From NCBI GenBank assembly GCA_963849885.1, contig CAWKIV010000006.1:653032-717031 (forward strand): 64,000 nucleotides of DNA, given 5' to 3'. Below the pieces are notes generated by a model. That model was not told the DNA's origin and did not search any database. It was given only the letters and a program-made list of their open reading frames with translations. A program made the position numbers and the translations under genes. Origin of the DNA: an uncultured Actinomycetota bacterium. GTDB taxonomy: Bacteria; Actinomycetota; Actinomycetes; Mycobacteriales; CADCTP01. Positions 54,687-63,826 of this stretch are shown here, piece by piece (the stretch's first letter is position 1; each line of letters starts with the position of its first letter).

Positions 54687-56009
54687 ATGACCGTCGACGA
54701 CACGCTGCACATCACCGGTGGATCCCCGCTGTACGGGACGGTCCCGGTGCGCGGCTCGAAGAACGCGGTCCCCAAGCTCATGGTCGCCGCGCTGCTGACC
54801 GAGCGGGCGGTGACGATCCGCAACGTCTCGTTCGTCCGGGACATCGGCATCGTGGCCGACCTGCTCGAGGCCCTCGGCTCCACCACCACGTCCGACCCGG
54901 CCGGCGGCGTGGTCACCATCACCGCCCGGGACGTGCACGTCGCCGGCCAGGGCGAGCTGGCCGAGTTCCACGAGCGCAGCCGCATCCCGGTGCTCACCTG
55001 CGCGCCGCTGCTGCACCGGACCGGCCAGGCGGAGATCTGGCGGCCCGGTGGCTGCTCGATCGGCGAGCGGCCGGTCGGCTTCCACCTGGAGGTGCTGCGC
55101 GCGTTCGGCGCGGCGACCGAGCGGACCGACACCGGCTACAAGCTGACCGCGCCGGGCGGGCTGCGCGGCGCGGTCATCGACCTGCCCTTCCCCAGCGTCG
55201 GCGCCACCGAGCAGTTCCTGCTCGGCGCGGTCGTCGCGGCCGGCGACTCGGTGCTGCACAACGCGGCCGTCGAGCCGGAGATCATGGACCTGATCGGGAT
55301 GCTGCAGCGGATGGGCGCGCTGATCACGGTCAAGCCCAACCGGTCGATCCAGGTCACCGGTGTGCACACGCTGCGCGGCGTCGACTACACCGCGGTGCCG
55401 GACCGGCTGGAGGCCGCGTCCTGGGCCGGGCTGGCGCTGGCCACCGACGGCCGGATCACGGTCAACGGGGTCCGCCAGGGCGACCTGTCCACCTACCTCA
55501 ACGTCTACCGCCGGGCCGGCGGCGACTTCGAGTTCTCCTCCGACGGCGGCGAGGTCACCTTCTGGCGGGAGCGGCCGATGCCGCGGCCGCTGGTCATCGA
55601 GACCGACGTGCACCCCGGCTTCATGACCGACTGGCAGCCGCCGCTGGTCACCGCGCTCACCCAGGCCGACGGGGTCACCGTCCTGCACGAGACGGTGTAC
55701 GAGGACCGCCTCGGCTACACCGAGGCGCTGCGCGCGCTGGGCGCGCAGATCCAGGTCTTCACCGAGTGCCTCGGCTCGACGCCGTGCCGCTTCGGCTCGC
55801 GCAACCACCGGCACTCCGCGGTCATCGTCGGCCCGGCCAAGCTGCAGGGCACCGACCTGCACGTGCCCGACCTGCGCGCCGGCTTCTCGTACGTGCTGGC
55901 GGCGCTGTCCGCCCAGGGCACGTCGACGATCAGCGGCGCCTCGCTGCTCGACCGCGGCTACGAGAACTTCCGGGCCAAGCTGCTCGCCGTCGGCGCCAAG
56001 CTGCACTGA
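54687..56009 (+). CDS. murA: UDP-N-acetylglucosamine 1-carboxyvinyltransferase
   Basis: ATG at 54687. G.V.V.GSKNA at the N-terminus and an active-site loop RPGGCSIGERP with Cys retained. About 440 aa. Confidence 0.9.
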   Translation: MTVDDTLHITGGSPLYGTVPVRGSKNAVPKLMVAALLTERAVTIRNVSFVRDIGIVADLLEALGSTTTSDPAGGVVTITARDVHVAGQGELAEFHERSRIPVLTCAPLLHRTGQAEIWRPGGCSIGERPVGFHLEVLRAFGAATERTDTGYKLTAPGGLRGAVIDLPFPSVGATEQFLLGAVVAAGDSVLHNAAVEPEIMDLIGMLQRMGALITVKPNRSIQVTGVHTLRGVDYTAVPDRLEAASWAGLALATDGRITVNGVRQGDLSTYLNVYRRAGGDFEFSSDGGEVTFWRERPMPRPLVIETDVHPGFMTDWQPPLVTALTQADGVTVLHETVYEDRLGYTEALRALGAQIQVFTECLGSTPCRFGSRNHRHSAVIVGPAKLQGTDLHVPDLRAGFSYVLAALSAQGTSTISGASLLDRGYENFRAKLLAVGAKLH

Positions 56010-56026
56010 GCGGTCCGGCCGTCCAG

Positions 56027-56710
56027 TCAGGCGAGGCCGAAGGCCGACTGGACGGCGGTGACCTCCCAGCCGAAGGCGGCGTCGGCCGCGGCCGGGTCGA
56101 CCACGCCGACCAGGTGGCCGTGCAGCTCGAAGCCGATCCGGCCGATGAGCCAGGTCCAGGCCATCATCCCGAGCACCGCGCGGTCGGCCGGCACCTCCGG
56201 GCCCATGCTGGCCAGCAGCTCCGCGTACGCCGCCGGCGGGCCGGTCACCGGCGGGGCCGGCGGCTCCCGCCCGGCGGCCAGCACGTCCCGGATCAGCGCG
56301 ATCAGCAGGACGGGCACCCGGGTGGCGGCGGCGACGGTGCGCTCCGGGGCCGCGTAGCCCGGCACCGGCGTGCCGTAGACCAGCGCGAACTCGTGCGGAC
56401 GGGCCCGCGCCCAGTCCCGGGCGGCCCGGCAGACGGTCTGCCAGCGCTCGGCGGGCTCGGCCCGCGGCACGGCCGCCTCGGCCCGCTCGACGGTCTCGCC
56501 GAGGTCGTCGTACGCCTCCACGATCAGCGCGGTGAGCAGCTCGTCGCGGCTCGGGAAGTAGCGGTAGACCGCCGACGAGGCCAGGCCGACGTCCCGCGCC
56601 ACCGCGCGCAGGGACAGCGCGACGGGGCCGACGGTGGCCAGCTGCCGCCGCGCCGCTGCGAGGATCTCCTGGGTCAGCTCCTGCCGGACCCGCTCCCGCA
56701 CGGACGCCAT
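56027..56710 (-). CDS. TetR/AcrR family transcriptional regulator
   Basis: 227 aa with an N-terminal HTH (LSLRAVARDVGLASSAVYRYFPSRDELL). Confidence 0.9.
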   Translation of the reverse strand: MASVRERVRQELTQEILAAARRQLATVGPVALSLRAVARDVGLASSAVYRYFPSRDELLTALIVEAYDDLGETVERAEAAVPRAEPAERWQTVCRAARDWARARPHEFALVYGTPVPGYAAPERTVAAATRVPVLLIALIRDVLAAGREPPAPPVTGPPAAYAELLASMGPEVPADRAVLGMMAWTWLIGRIGFELHGHLVGVVDPAAADAAFGWEVTAVQSAFGLA

Positions 56711-56734
56711 GGCGCCGACCGTACGCCGCTTTGG

Positions 56735-56821
56735 AGAGCACTGGCAAGAAACGAGAGCAGTGCTCTTGACAGCTGCGCACCGGACAGCGAGACTGGTGCT
56801 CGCAAACGAGAGCAGTGCTCT
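56735..56821. promoter_or_regulatory. Candidate TetR operators in a divergent promoter region
   Basis: Inverted repeat AGAGCACTG (56735-56743) / CAGTGCTCT (56758-56766). An 18-bp direct repeat AAACGAGAGCAGTGCTCT occurs at 56749-56766 and 56804-56821. TTGACA lies at 56766-56771. The local GC dip sits between the divergent TetR and oxidoreductase genes. Confidence 0.55.
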
Positions 56822-56844
56822 CGTATCGAGCGGAGGAGGACGTG

Positions 56845-57786
56845 ATGACCGAGCACGTCGTGGTCGGAGCCGGTCCGGTCGGCACCGCGGTCGCCCGCCG
56901 GCTGGCCGGCGAGGGGGCCGCGGTGAGCCTGTTGAGCCGGTCCGGCCGCGGGCCCGAGCTGCCCGGGGTGCGGCGCGGCACCGTGGACGCCCGGGACGGC
57001 GCCGCGCTCACCGCGGCGGCGCGCGGGGCGGAGGTGCTCTACCTGTGCGTCAACCCGCCCCGGTACGACCAGTGGGCCGAGCAGTGGCCGCCGATGACCG
57101 CCGGCTTCCTCGCCGCGGCCGAGGCGACCGGCGCGGTGCTGGCCATGGTCGGCAACCTCTACCCGTACGGGCCGGTGGACGGGCCGATCCGGGAGGGGAT
57201 GCCGGACCGCGCCCCGGGCGCGAAGGCGAAGCTGCGCGCCGCCCTCACCGCCGAGGCGCTGGACCGGCACGCGGCCGGCCGGATCCGCACGGTCGAGGTG
57301 CGCGCGTCGGACTTCGTCGGCGCGGCCGCCGACAGCCACCTGGACCGGGTGCTGCCCCGGGCGCTGTCCGGCCGGTCGGTGCGGATGATCGGCGCGGTCG
57401 ACCAGCCGCACTCCTGGACCTACGTCGAGGACGTCGCCCGCACGATCGTCGCCGCGGCCGGCTCGCCGGCGGCCTGGGGCCGGGTCTGGCACGTGCCGAC
57501 CAACCCGCCGCGCAGCCAGCGCGACGCCGTGCACGACCACTGCCGGGCCGCGGGCGTGGACCCGGTGCCGGTCCGCACGGTGCCGCACCTGGCGCTGCGG
57601 GCCGCCGGCCTGGTCCAGCCGCACCTGGCCGGGCTGGAGGAGACCCGCTACCAGTTCGTCCGGCCGTACGTGCTCGACTCCGCGGCCAGCGAGGCCGCGC
57701 TCGGGCTGCGGCCGACCCCGTGGGACGAGATCTGCCGGGCCAACGTCGCCGGCGTACGGGCCCGGCAGACCGCCGACCGGAGTTGA
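56845..57786 (+). CDS. NAD(P)-binding (SDR/NmrA-like epimerase-dehydratase family) protein
   Basis: ATG at 56845, preceded by GGAGGAGGA. N-terminal Rossmann motif VVVGAGPVGTAVA. About 313 aa. Confidence 0.8.
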   Translation: MTEHVVVGAGPVGTAVARRLAGEGAAVSLLSRSGRGPELPGVRRGTVDARDGAALTAAARGAEVLYLCVNPPRYDQWAEQWPPMTAGFLAAAEATGAVLAMVGNLYPYGPVDGPIREGMPDRAPGAKAKLRAALTAEALDRHAAGRIRTVEVRASDFVGAAADSHLDRVLPRALSGRSVRMIGAVDQPHSWTYVEDVARTIVAAAGSPAAWGRVWHVPTNPPRSQRDAVHDHCRAAGVDPVPVRTVPHLALRAAGLVQPHLAGLEETRYQFVRPYVLDSAASEAALGLRPTPWDEICRANVAGVRARQTADRS

Positions 57787-57821
57787 CTCTCGAGGAGGTC
57801 GAGGCGGAAGGGTCCGGTGAC

Positions 57822-58508
57822 GTGGAGAGCGACCTGCTGGGCATCGGTGAGCTGGCCCGCGCGAGCGGGCTGCCGGTCAGCGCCTCTATCGACCCGGCCC
57901 ACCCGCGGCTGCACGGCGTGCTCCTGGACGCGGCCGAGCCGACGCTGCACGCGGTCGCCACCGACCGCTACCGGCTGGCCGTGGCCGCGGCGGCGGTCAC
58001 CGGCAGCGGGCGCGCGGTGCTGCCGGTCGCGCTGGTGGACGAGGTCCGGGGCCTGCTCGCCGGCGCGGCCGGGGACGCGGTGGTGGCCGTGGCCGGCGGC
58101 TCGGTCGAGGTGACCGCCGGCGGGCGGACCGTGCGCGGGCCGGCCGGCGACGACTTCCCGGACTGGCGGGCGCTGGAGCCGGCGCCCGGCCGGCACCGGG
58201 TCGAGCTGACCGCGGCCGACCTCCGGGCCGCGGTGGCGGCCGGCCCGGCGATCCGCCAGGAGCGCGACGGGGTCCCGTACGACGCCGTGGTGCTGACGCT
58301 GGGCACCGACGGCGAGCTCACCGTCGCCGGCGCCGGCGACGCGCTGGAGGTCGCGGTGAACCGGGACTTCCTGCTCGACGCGGTCGGCCACACCGGCCAG
58401 CTCGTGCTGGAGCTGGACGGGCCGGTCACCCCGCTGGCCCTGCGGGTGCCCGGCCGGCCCGACTGGTCCCTGCTGATGCCGGTGCGGCTGCCGGTGGCGG
58501 CGTCCTAG
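57822..58508 (+). CDS. DnaN (beta-clamp) domain II-III-like protein with a remnant MerR-type HTH at the N-terminus
   Basis: GTG at 57822. The N-terminal LLGIGELARASGLPVSA looks like the first helix-turn of a MerR HTH only. The remainder aligns by eye to DnaN central and C-terminal domains (VLLDAAEPTLHAVATDRYRLAV; DDFPDWRALEP vs GRFPDYRRVLP; NRDFLLDAV; LLMPVRL). Confidence 0.6.
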   Translation: MESDLLGIGELARASGLPVSASIDPAHPRLHGVLLDAAEPTLHAVATDRYRLAVAAAAVTGSGRAVLPVALVDEVRGLLAGAAGDAVVAVAGGSVEVTAGGRTVRGPAGDDFPDWRALEPAPGRHRVELTAADLRAAVAAGPAIRQERDGVPYDAVVLTLGTDGELTVAGAGDALEVAVNRDFLLDAVGHTGQLVLELDGPVTPLALRVPGRPDWSLLMPVRLPVAAS

Positions 58509-59467
58509 GAGCCGCCGTAGTAGCGCTCGGCGCCGGGGTGCAGCTGGACCGGCTCGGTGCGGGGCGCCAGGTCGCGCTTGATGTTGGCCGCCTCCGGGTG
58601 CACCTTGACCAGGTCGGCCTGCCGGGTGAAGAGCAGCTCGGCGAGCTTGAAGGCCAGGTCGTCGCTCATCGTGTCCTTGACCACGAGCAGGTTGGGCACG
58701 CCGATGGTGGCCACCGGCGCGGGCTGCTTGTAGACGTCGGGCGCGATGGTCGCCGGCTGGTAGACCTCGCCGTACTCGGCCTGGAGCTTGGGCAGGTAGG
58801 CGGACAGGTCGAGGAAGCGCACCTTGCCGCCGAGCGAGCTGACCAGGTCGCTGATGCCGGCGGTGGGCAGCCCGCCGGACCAGAACATCGCCTCGATGGC
58901 GCCGTCCTTCATGCCCTGCACGGTCTCCGGCAGCGACAGCTTCTGCCGCTTGATCCCGGCCTCCGGGTCGACGCCGGCGGCGGTGAGCAGCCGCTCGGCG
59001 ATCACCTCGGTGCCGGAGTTGGCCGAGCCGGTCGACACCGTCTTGCCCTTCATGCCCTCGATCGAGGTGATGCCGGCGTCGGTGCGGACCAGCACGTGCG
59101 TGTAGTTGGAGTAGATGCGGGCCAGCGCCCGGATCGGCTGCGGGCCGTCGAAGGCGCCCTTCCCGTTGGTGGCGTCGGCGGCGGTGTCGGCGAGGGTGAA
59201 GGCGATGTCGCTGTCGCCCTTCACCACCCGCTGGACGTTCTCCACCGAGGCGCCGGTGACCTCGGCGGTGGCCGAGTAGCCGGGCAGCCCGTCGCCGATG
59301 AGCCGGGCCAGCCCGCCGCCCATGACGTAGTAGACCCCCGTGGTGTTGCCGGTGGCGATGGACAGCCGGCCGCCCTCCCCGGTGGCGGCGTCCTCCCGCT
59401 CACCGCCGCACGCGGTCAGCGCCAGCGCCGCGACGAGAACGGCCACAGTGGTCCGGGATCTGCGCAT
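58505..59467 (-). CDS. TAXI-family TRAP transporter solute-binding lipoprotein
   Basis: ATG at 59467, lipobox LTAC, and TGNTTGVYYVMGGGLA typical of the TAXI family. Confidence 0.85.
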   Translation of the reverse strand: MRRSRTTVAVLVAALALTACGGEREDAATGEGGRLSIATGNTTGVYYVMGGGLARLIGDGLPGYSATAEVTGASVENVQRVVKGDSDIAFTLADTAADATNGKGAFDGPQPIRALARIYSNYTHVLVRTDAGITSIEGMKGKTVSTGSANSGTEVIAERLLTAAGVDPEAGIKRQKLSLPETVQGMKDGAIEAMFWSGGLPTAGISDLVSSLGGKVRFLDLSAYLPKLQAEYGEVYQPATIAPDVYKQPAPVATIGVPNLLVVKDTMSDDLAFKLAELLFTRQADLVKVHPEAANIKRDLAPRTEPVQLHPGAERYYGGS

Positions 59468-59554
59468 CAGGGGTCCCTTCCGACTCGGGGGCACTGTGCA
59501 GCCTGCCACCGCACGCCCCGGGCGTCACTGCCCCATTCCTGCCCCGTACGGAGG

Positions 59555-61750
59555 TCAGCGCCACCAGGGGGCGGTCGCCTGCCGGGCGATCTCCGCCGCC
59601 GGCCCGGCCAGCCGGTCCTGCAGCCGGCGCAGCTCCTCGACGTACTCGCTGGCCCAGACCAGCAGCAGCCCGGACAGCACGGTGGCGTCGTCCCCGGTGG
59701 TGGACACGCCGACCACGCAGGCCCGCAGCCGGGCGGAGCGCTCCGGGCCGGCCCGGTCCGGCGGCGGCACCGGGCCGCGGCCGGCCAGCGCCGCGCTGGC
59801 CTCCTGATACCAGCCGTGCACCTCGGCCAGGTCGCCGGCGAGCAGCTCGGCGCAGCCGGCCGGCCGCACCTGCCCGTCGGCGACCAGCCGGACCCGGTCC
59901 AGGGACCGCGCGGTCAGCCGCAGCCGGCTCACCGCACTGGCCGCCCGGGACACCGTGGTCACCTCCACCGGGTGGCCGCCGCCCTCGGCCACGTACTGCC
60001 GCAGCGCGTCGTCGACCCGCCGGGCGGCGGTCAGCGACGCCCGCTCCGCCTGCTCGGCGGCCGCGGCCGCGCCGGGCTCGTCCAGCAGCCGGCGCCCGGC
60101 GGCCCGGACCAGGTCGGCGCCGGCCTCGTACGCCACCGCGAGGCTGCCCCAGAGCACCCGGGCCGCCCCGCGCGGCCAGAAGAGCACGCCGACCAGCACG
60201 CTGACGCCGACGCCGACGGCGACGTCCTCGATCCGGATCAGGCCGACCCGCCAGCCGGCCGGCTGGATGAGGTTGAAGAGCACGACCACGGTCACCGTGA
60301 AGGCGGCCTGGCCGGCCGCGAAGGACACCGCCGGGCCGTAGCCGGCCAGCAGCACCACCACCGGCAGCACGACCCACAGCAGCGCCTCGTCGGACCCGAC
60401 CGCGAGCATCAGGGCGCTGCCGACGACCAGGCCGACCAGCGTCCCGGCCAGCGCCCGCAGCGCCGTGGTGCCGGTGCCCACCGCGCTGGACCGCAGCACC
60501 GACAGCGTGCCGAGCACCACCCAGAAGGCGTGCTGCAGCTCCACCACCTGGGCCACGCCCACCGCGAGGCCCAGCCCGATCGCGCCGCGCACGGCGTTGC
60601 GGAACCACACGGTCCGCGGGCTGGCCAGGTCCGCGGCGAGGCTGCCGGTGGTGCGCAGCGCCGCCGCGGTGTCGCGCAGCGCCGAGGCGGCCACCCGGAC
60701 CGGCGGCGGCAGCCCGGTGACGGTCTCGTCCGGCGCCCGGCCGCCGGTCGCGGTGGCGGCGTGCTCGGCGACCGACCGGACCAGGTAGGTGACCACCCGC
60801 AGCCGGAAGGCGATGTCCAGCTCCGGCACCGCGCTGCCGTCCGCCCGGAGCATCTCCGGCGCGTGCCGGGCGACGGTGCCCATCAGCGTGTCCCGGGCGG
60901 CCCGCAGCCGGTCCAGGTCTGGGCCGGCCGGCTCCCCCGGTGAGCTGGTCCGCGGTCGCCTCCAGCGCGGCCGCGCCGGCCGCGGCGACCTCCCGGTAGG
61001 CGGCCTCCCGCTCCGGGCCCCAGCGCGGCGGCTCGGCGGACAGCCGCTCGACGAACGGGTGCAGCCACCGGATCTCGTCCAGCAGGCTGACCAGCGCGAG
61101 GTCGCGGCCGGTCGGCCCGGTCGACCGGTACGGGGTGGCGACCGCCCGCCGGGCCAGGGCCGAGATCGCCGCCGCCGTCTCCGACCGGGCCGCCGCGGCG
61201 TCCGTGCCGGCCGCGACGGCGGTCAGCTCGGCGGCGAGCGCGCGGCAGGCCCGGGCGGCCGCGGCCCGCAGCGCGTCGCCGGGATGCGGCGGCCACAGCA
61301 GCAGCACCGCCGGGATCGAGACCACGCAGGCGATCAGCCAGCCGAGCAGCCGGTCGCCCACCGGCGCGCCCGGCACCGGGACCATCACCGCGAGCACGAA
61401 GGCGAGCAGCGTCGCGGTGGTGCCGGCGGCGAAGTAGCCGTTCACCGCGCCGGCGAACAGCACGGCGAAGCCGACCACCACCATCCCGGCCACCGCGGTG
61501 CCGACCCGGGCCGCGCAGAGCGTGCCGATCACGATCAGGCCGGCGCCGACCGCGCCCAGGGTCAGGTACGCCAGCGTGCGGGCCCGCCACGGCCCGGTGA
61601 ACTCGGCCAGGTAGAGCAGGGCGAACGCACCGAACACCGCGAAGGTCGCGGTGTGCGGCCCGTACCGGCTGTCGGCCAGGCCGAAGACGGCCGGGATGAC
61701 CAGCGCCCCCCGGACCCCGCGCAGCAGCGCGGGCCGGTCGAGCCGGGGGC
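59555..61750 (-). pseudogene. FUSC-family (aromatic acid exporter-like) membrane protein, frameshifted; start not identifiable
   Basis: The N-terminal TM half is in the frame of track ORF 59400..61940. The second TM half and cytoplasmic part form ORF 59555..60883. The frames meet at the C5 run at 60934-60938, and deleting one base gives a continuous ...ADQLTGEPAGPDLDRLRAARDTLMGTV.... There is no ATG, GTG or TTG between the mdh stop and the first TM helix. Confidence 0.7.
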
Positions 61751-61759
61751 GCGCACCGG

Positions 61760-62692
61760 TTACATGCCCGCGACGTCCGCCTGCTTGGCCCGGACCGCCT
61801 CGGCCGCCTCGGCCAGCGCGGCCCGCTCGGAGTCGGTGAGGTCGCGCTCGACCACGCGCTTGACCCCGCCGGCCCCGATCTCCGCCTCGACGCCCAGGTA
61901 GACCCCGGCGATGCCGTACTCCCCGTCGACCCACGCGCACACCGGCAGCACCGCGCCGGAGTCCTCCTTGACCGCGCGGGCCATCCGGGCCGCCGCCGCG
62001 GACGGCGCGTAGTAGGCCGAGCCGGTCTTGAGCAGCGCCACCACCTCGGCGCCGCCGTTGCGGGTGCGGGCGACCAGCTCCTCGATCTTGTCCGCGGGCA
62101 GCAGGTCGGACAGCGGCTTGCCGTCCACCGTGCAGGCCGACGGCACCGGCACCATCGTGTCGCCGTGCGAGCCGAGGGTCAGGGTCCGCACGGACGCCAC
62201 CGGCACCGCGAGCTCCTCGGCCACGAAGTGGCTGAACCGGGCCGTGTCCAGCATCCCGGCCTGCCCCATGACCCGCGCCTTCGGCAGCCCGGAGACGGCG
62301 GAGGCGAGCGCGGTCATCTCGTCCAGCGGGTTGGACACCACGATGATCACCGCGTCCGGCGAGCCGGCCACGATCCTCTCGGTGACCTCGCGGACGATCT
62401 TCGCGTTGGTCTCCAGCAGGTCCATCCGGCTCATGCCCGGCTTGCGCGGCAGCCCGGCGGTGATCACGACGATGTCCGAGCCCTCGGTCACGTCGTAGTC
62501 GTTGGAACCGAGCAGCTTGGTCTCGAAGCCCTCGATCGGGCGGGACTGGTTGATGTCCAGCGCGATGCCCTGCGGCTTGCCCTCGATGATGTCGACCAGC
62601 GCGACCGAGTCGAAGATGTCGTACTCGGCCAGCCGCTGGGCCGTGGTGGAGCCGTAGAAGCCGGCCCCGACCACCGAGACCTTGCCGCTCAC
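61760..62692 (-). CDS. mdh: Malate dehydrogenase (LDH-like type)
   Basis: The GTG at 62692 overlaps the upstream stop (GTGA). Contains VVGAGFYGSTTA, ITAGLPRKPGMSR and GSHGDTMVP. Confidence 0.95.
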   Translation of the reverse strand: MSGKVSVVGAGFYGSTTAQRLAEYDIFDSVALVDIIEGKPQGIALDINQSRPIEGFETKLLGSNDYDVTEGSDIVVITAGLPRKPGMSRMDLLETNAKIVREVTERIVAGSPDAVIIVVSNPLDEMTALASAVSGLPKARVMGQAGMLDTARFSHFVAEELAVPVASVRTLTLGSHGDTMVPVPSACTVDGKPLSDLLPADKIEELVARTRNGGAEVVALLKTGSAYYAPSAAAARMARAVKEDSGAVLPVCAWVDGEYGIAGVYLGVEAEIGAGGVKRVVERDLTDSERAALAEAAEAVRAKQADVAGM

Positions 62693-63792
62693 TTCGACGC
62701 CTCCAGCTTCTCGATGATGGCGTCCGCGTACTGGCTCGTGCCGACCGCGGACGGGTCGGTCCGGGTGGGCTTCATGTCGTACGTCACCGACTTGCCCTCG
62801 GCGATCACGGCCGCCACCGCGTCCTCGAGCCGCTGGGCGGCCTCCGCCTCGCCGAGGTGGTCGAGCATGAGCTTGCCGGACAGGATCATCGCGGTCGGGT
62901 TGACCTTGTTCTGGCCCTTGTACTTCGGGGCCGAGCCGTGGGTGGCCTCGAAGACCGCGGTGTCGGTGCCGATGTTGGCGCCCGGGGCGACGCCGAGGCC
63001 GCCGACCATGCCGGCGGTGAGGTCGGACAGGATGTCGCCGTAGAGGTTGGGCAGGACCAGCACGTCCCACTCCTCCGGCCGCTGCACCAGGCCCATGCAG
63101 GTGGCGTCGACCAGGTTTTCCCACGGCTCGATGTCCGGGAACTCCTTGGCCACCTCGCGGAACGTCGACAGGAACAGCCCGTCGGTGAACTTCATGATGT
63201 TGGACTTCTGGATGCAGTGCACCCGCTGGCGGCCGTTGTCCTTCGCGTACTGGAAGGCGTACCGGATGATCCGGGCCGAGCCCTCCTCGCTGATCGGCTT
63301 GATCGAGATGCCGGAGTGCGGGCGGATCTGCTTCTTCTGCAGCCCGTTGAGGAACTCGATGGTCCGGTTGGCCTCGTCGGTGTCGTGCTCGTACTCGATG
63401 CCGGCGTAGAGGTCCTCGGTGTTTTCCCGGACGATCACCACGTCGACCTTGTCGAAGCGGGTGCGGACCCCGGGGTAGGTCTTGCACGGGCGCAGGCAGG
63501 CGTAGAGCTCGAGCTCGCCCCGCAGCGCCACGTTGACCGAGCGGAACCCGGTGCCGATCGGGGTGGTGATCGGCCCCTTGATCGCGACCTTGGTCTGCTT
63601 GATCGACTCGAGGGTCTCCGGCGGCAGCGGGGTCCCCGCCGACTCCATGACGTCGACCCCGGCCTGCTGGACGTCCCAGTCGAACGTCGAGCCGCTGGTC
63701 GCGGCCGCTGCCTCCAGCACCCGGCGGGTCGCCTCGGTCAGCTCCGGTCCGGTGCCGTCGCCGGGGATGAGGGTTACGCGGTGGGTGGTCAT
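62689..63792 (-). CDS. Isocitrate/isopropylmalate dehydrogenase family protein (NAD-IDH-like)
   Basis: 367 aa. Contains IPGDGTGPE, RENTEDLYAGIE and NLYGDILSDL motifs. Confidence 0.85.
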   Translation of the reverse strand: MTTHRVTLIPGDGTGPELTEATRRVLEAAAATSGSTFDWDVQQAGVDVMESAGTPLPPETLESIKQTKVAIKGPITTPIGTGFRSVNVALRGELELYACLRPCKTYPGVRTRFDKVDVVIVRENTEDLYAGIEYEHDTDEANRTIEFLNGLQKKQIRPHSGISIKPISEEGSARIIRYAFQYAKDNGRQRVHCIQKSNIMKFTDGLFLSTFREVAKEFPDIEPWENLVDATCMGLVQRPEEWDVLVLPNLYGDILSDLTAGMVGGLGVAPGANIGTDTAVFEATHGSAPKYKGQNKVNPTAMILSGKLMLDHLGEAEAAQRLEDAVAAVIAEGKSVTYDMKPTRTDPSAVGTSQYADAIIEKLEASK

Positions 63793-63826
63793 GGCCGGAG
63801 GTTACCCGGCCGTTTCCGCCGCCTGA

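Noticed and set aside
54687-56009. MurA as an intrinsically fosfomycin-resistant (Asp-type) variant
   Set aside because: The active-site loop reads RPGGCSIGERP with the cysteine retained, so there is no evidence for the Cys-to-Asp substitution known from mycobacteria.
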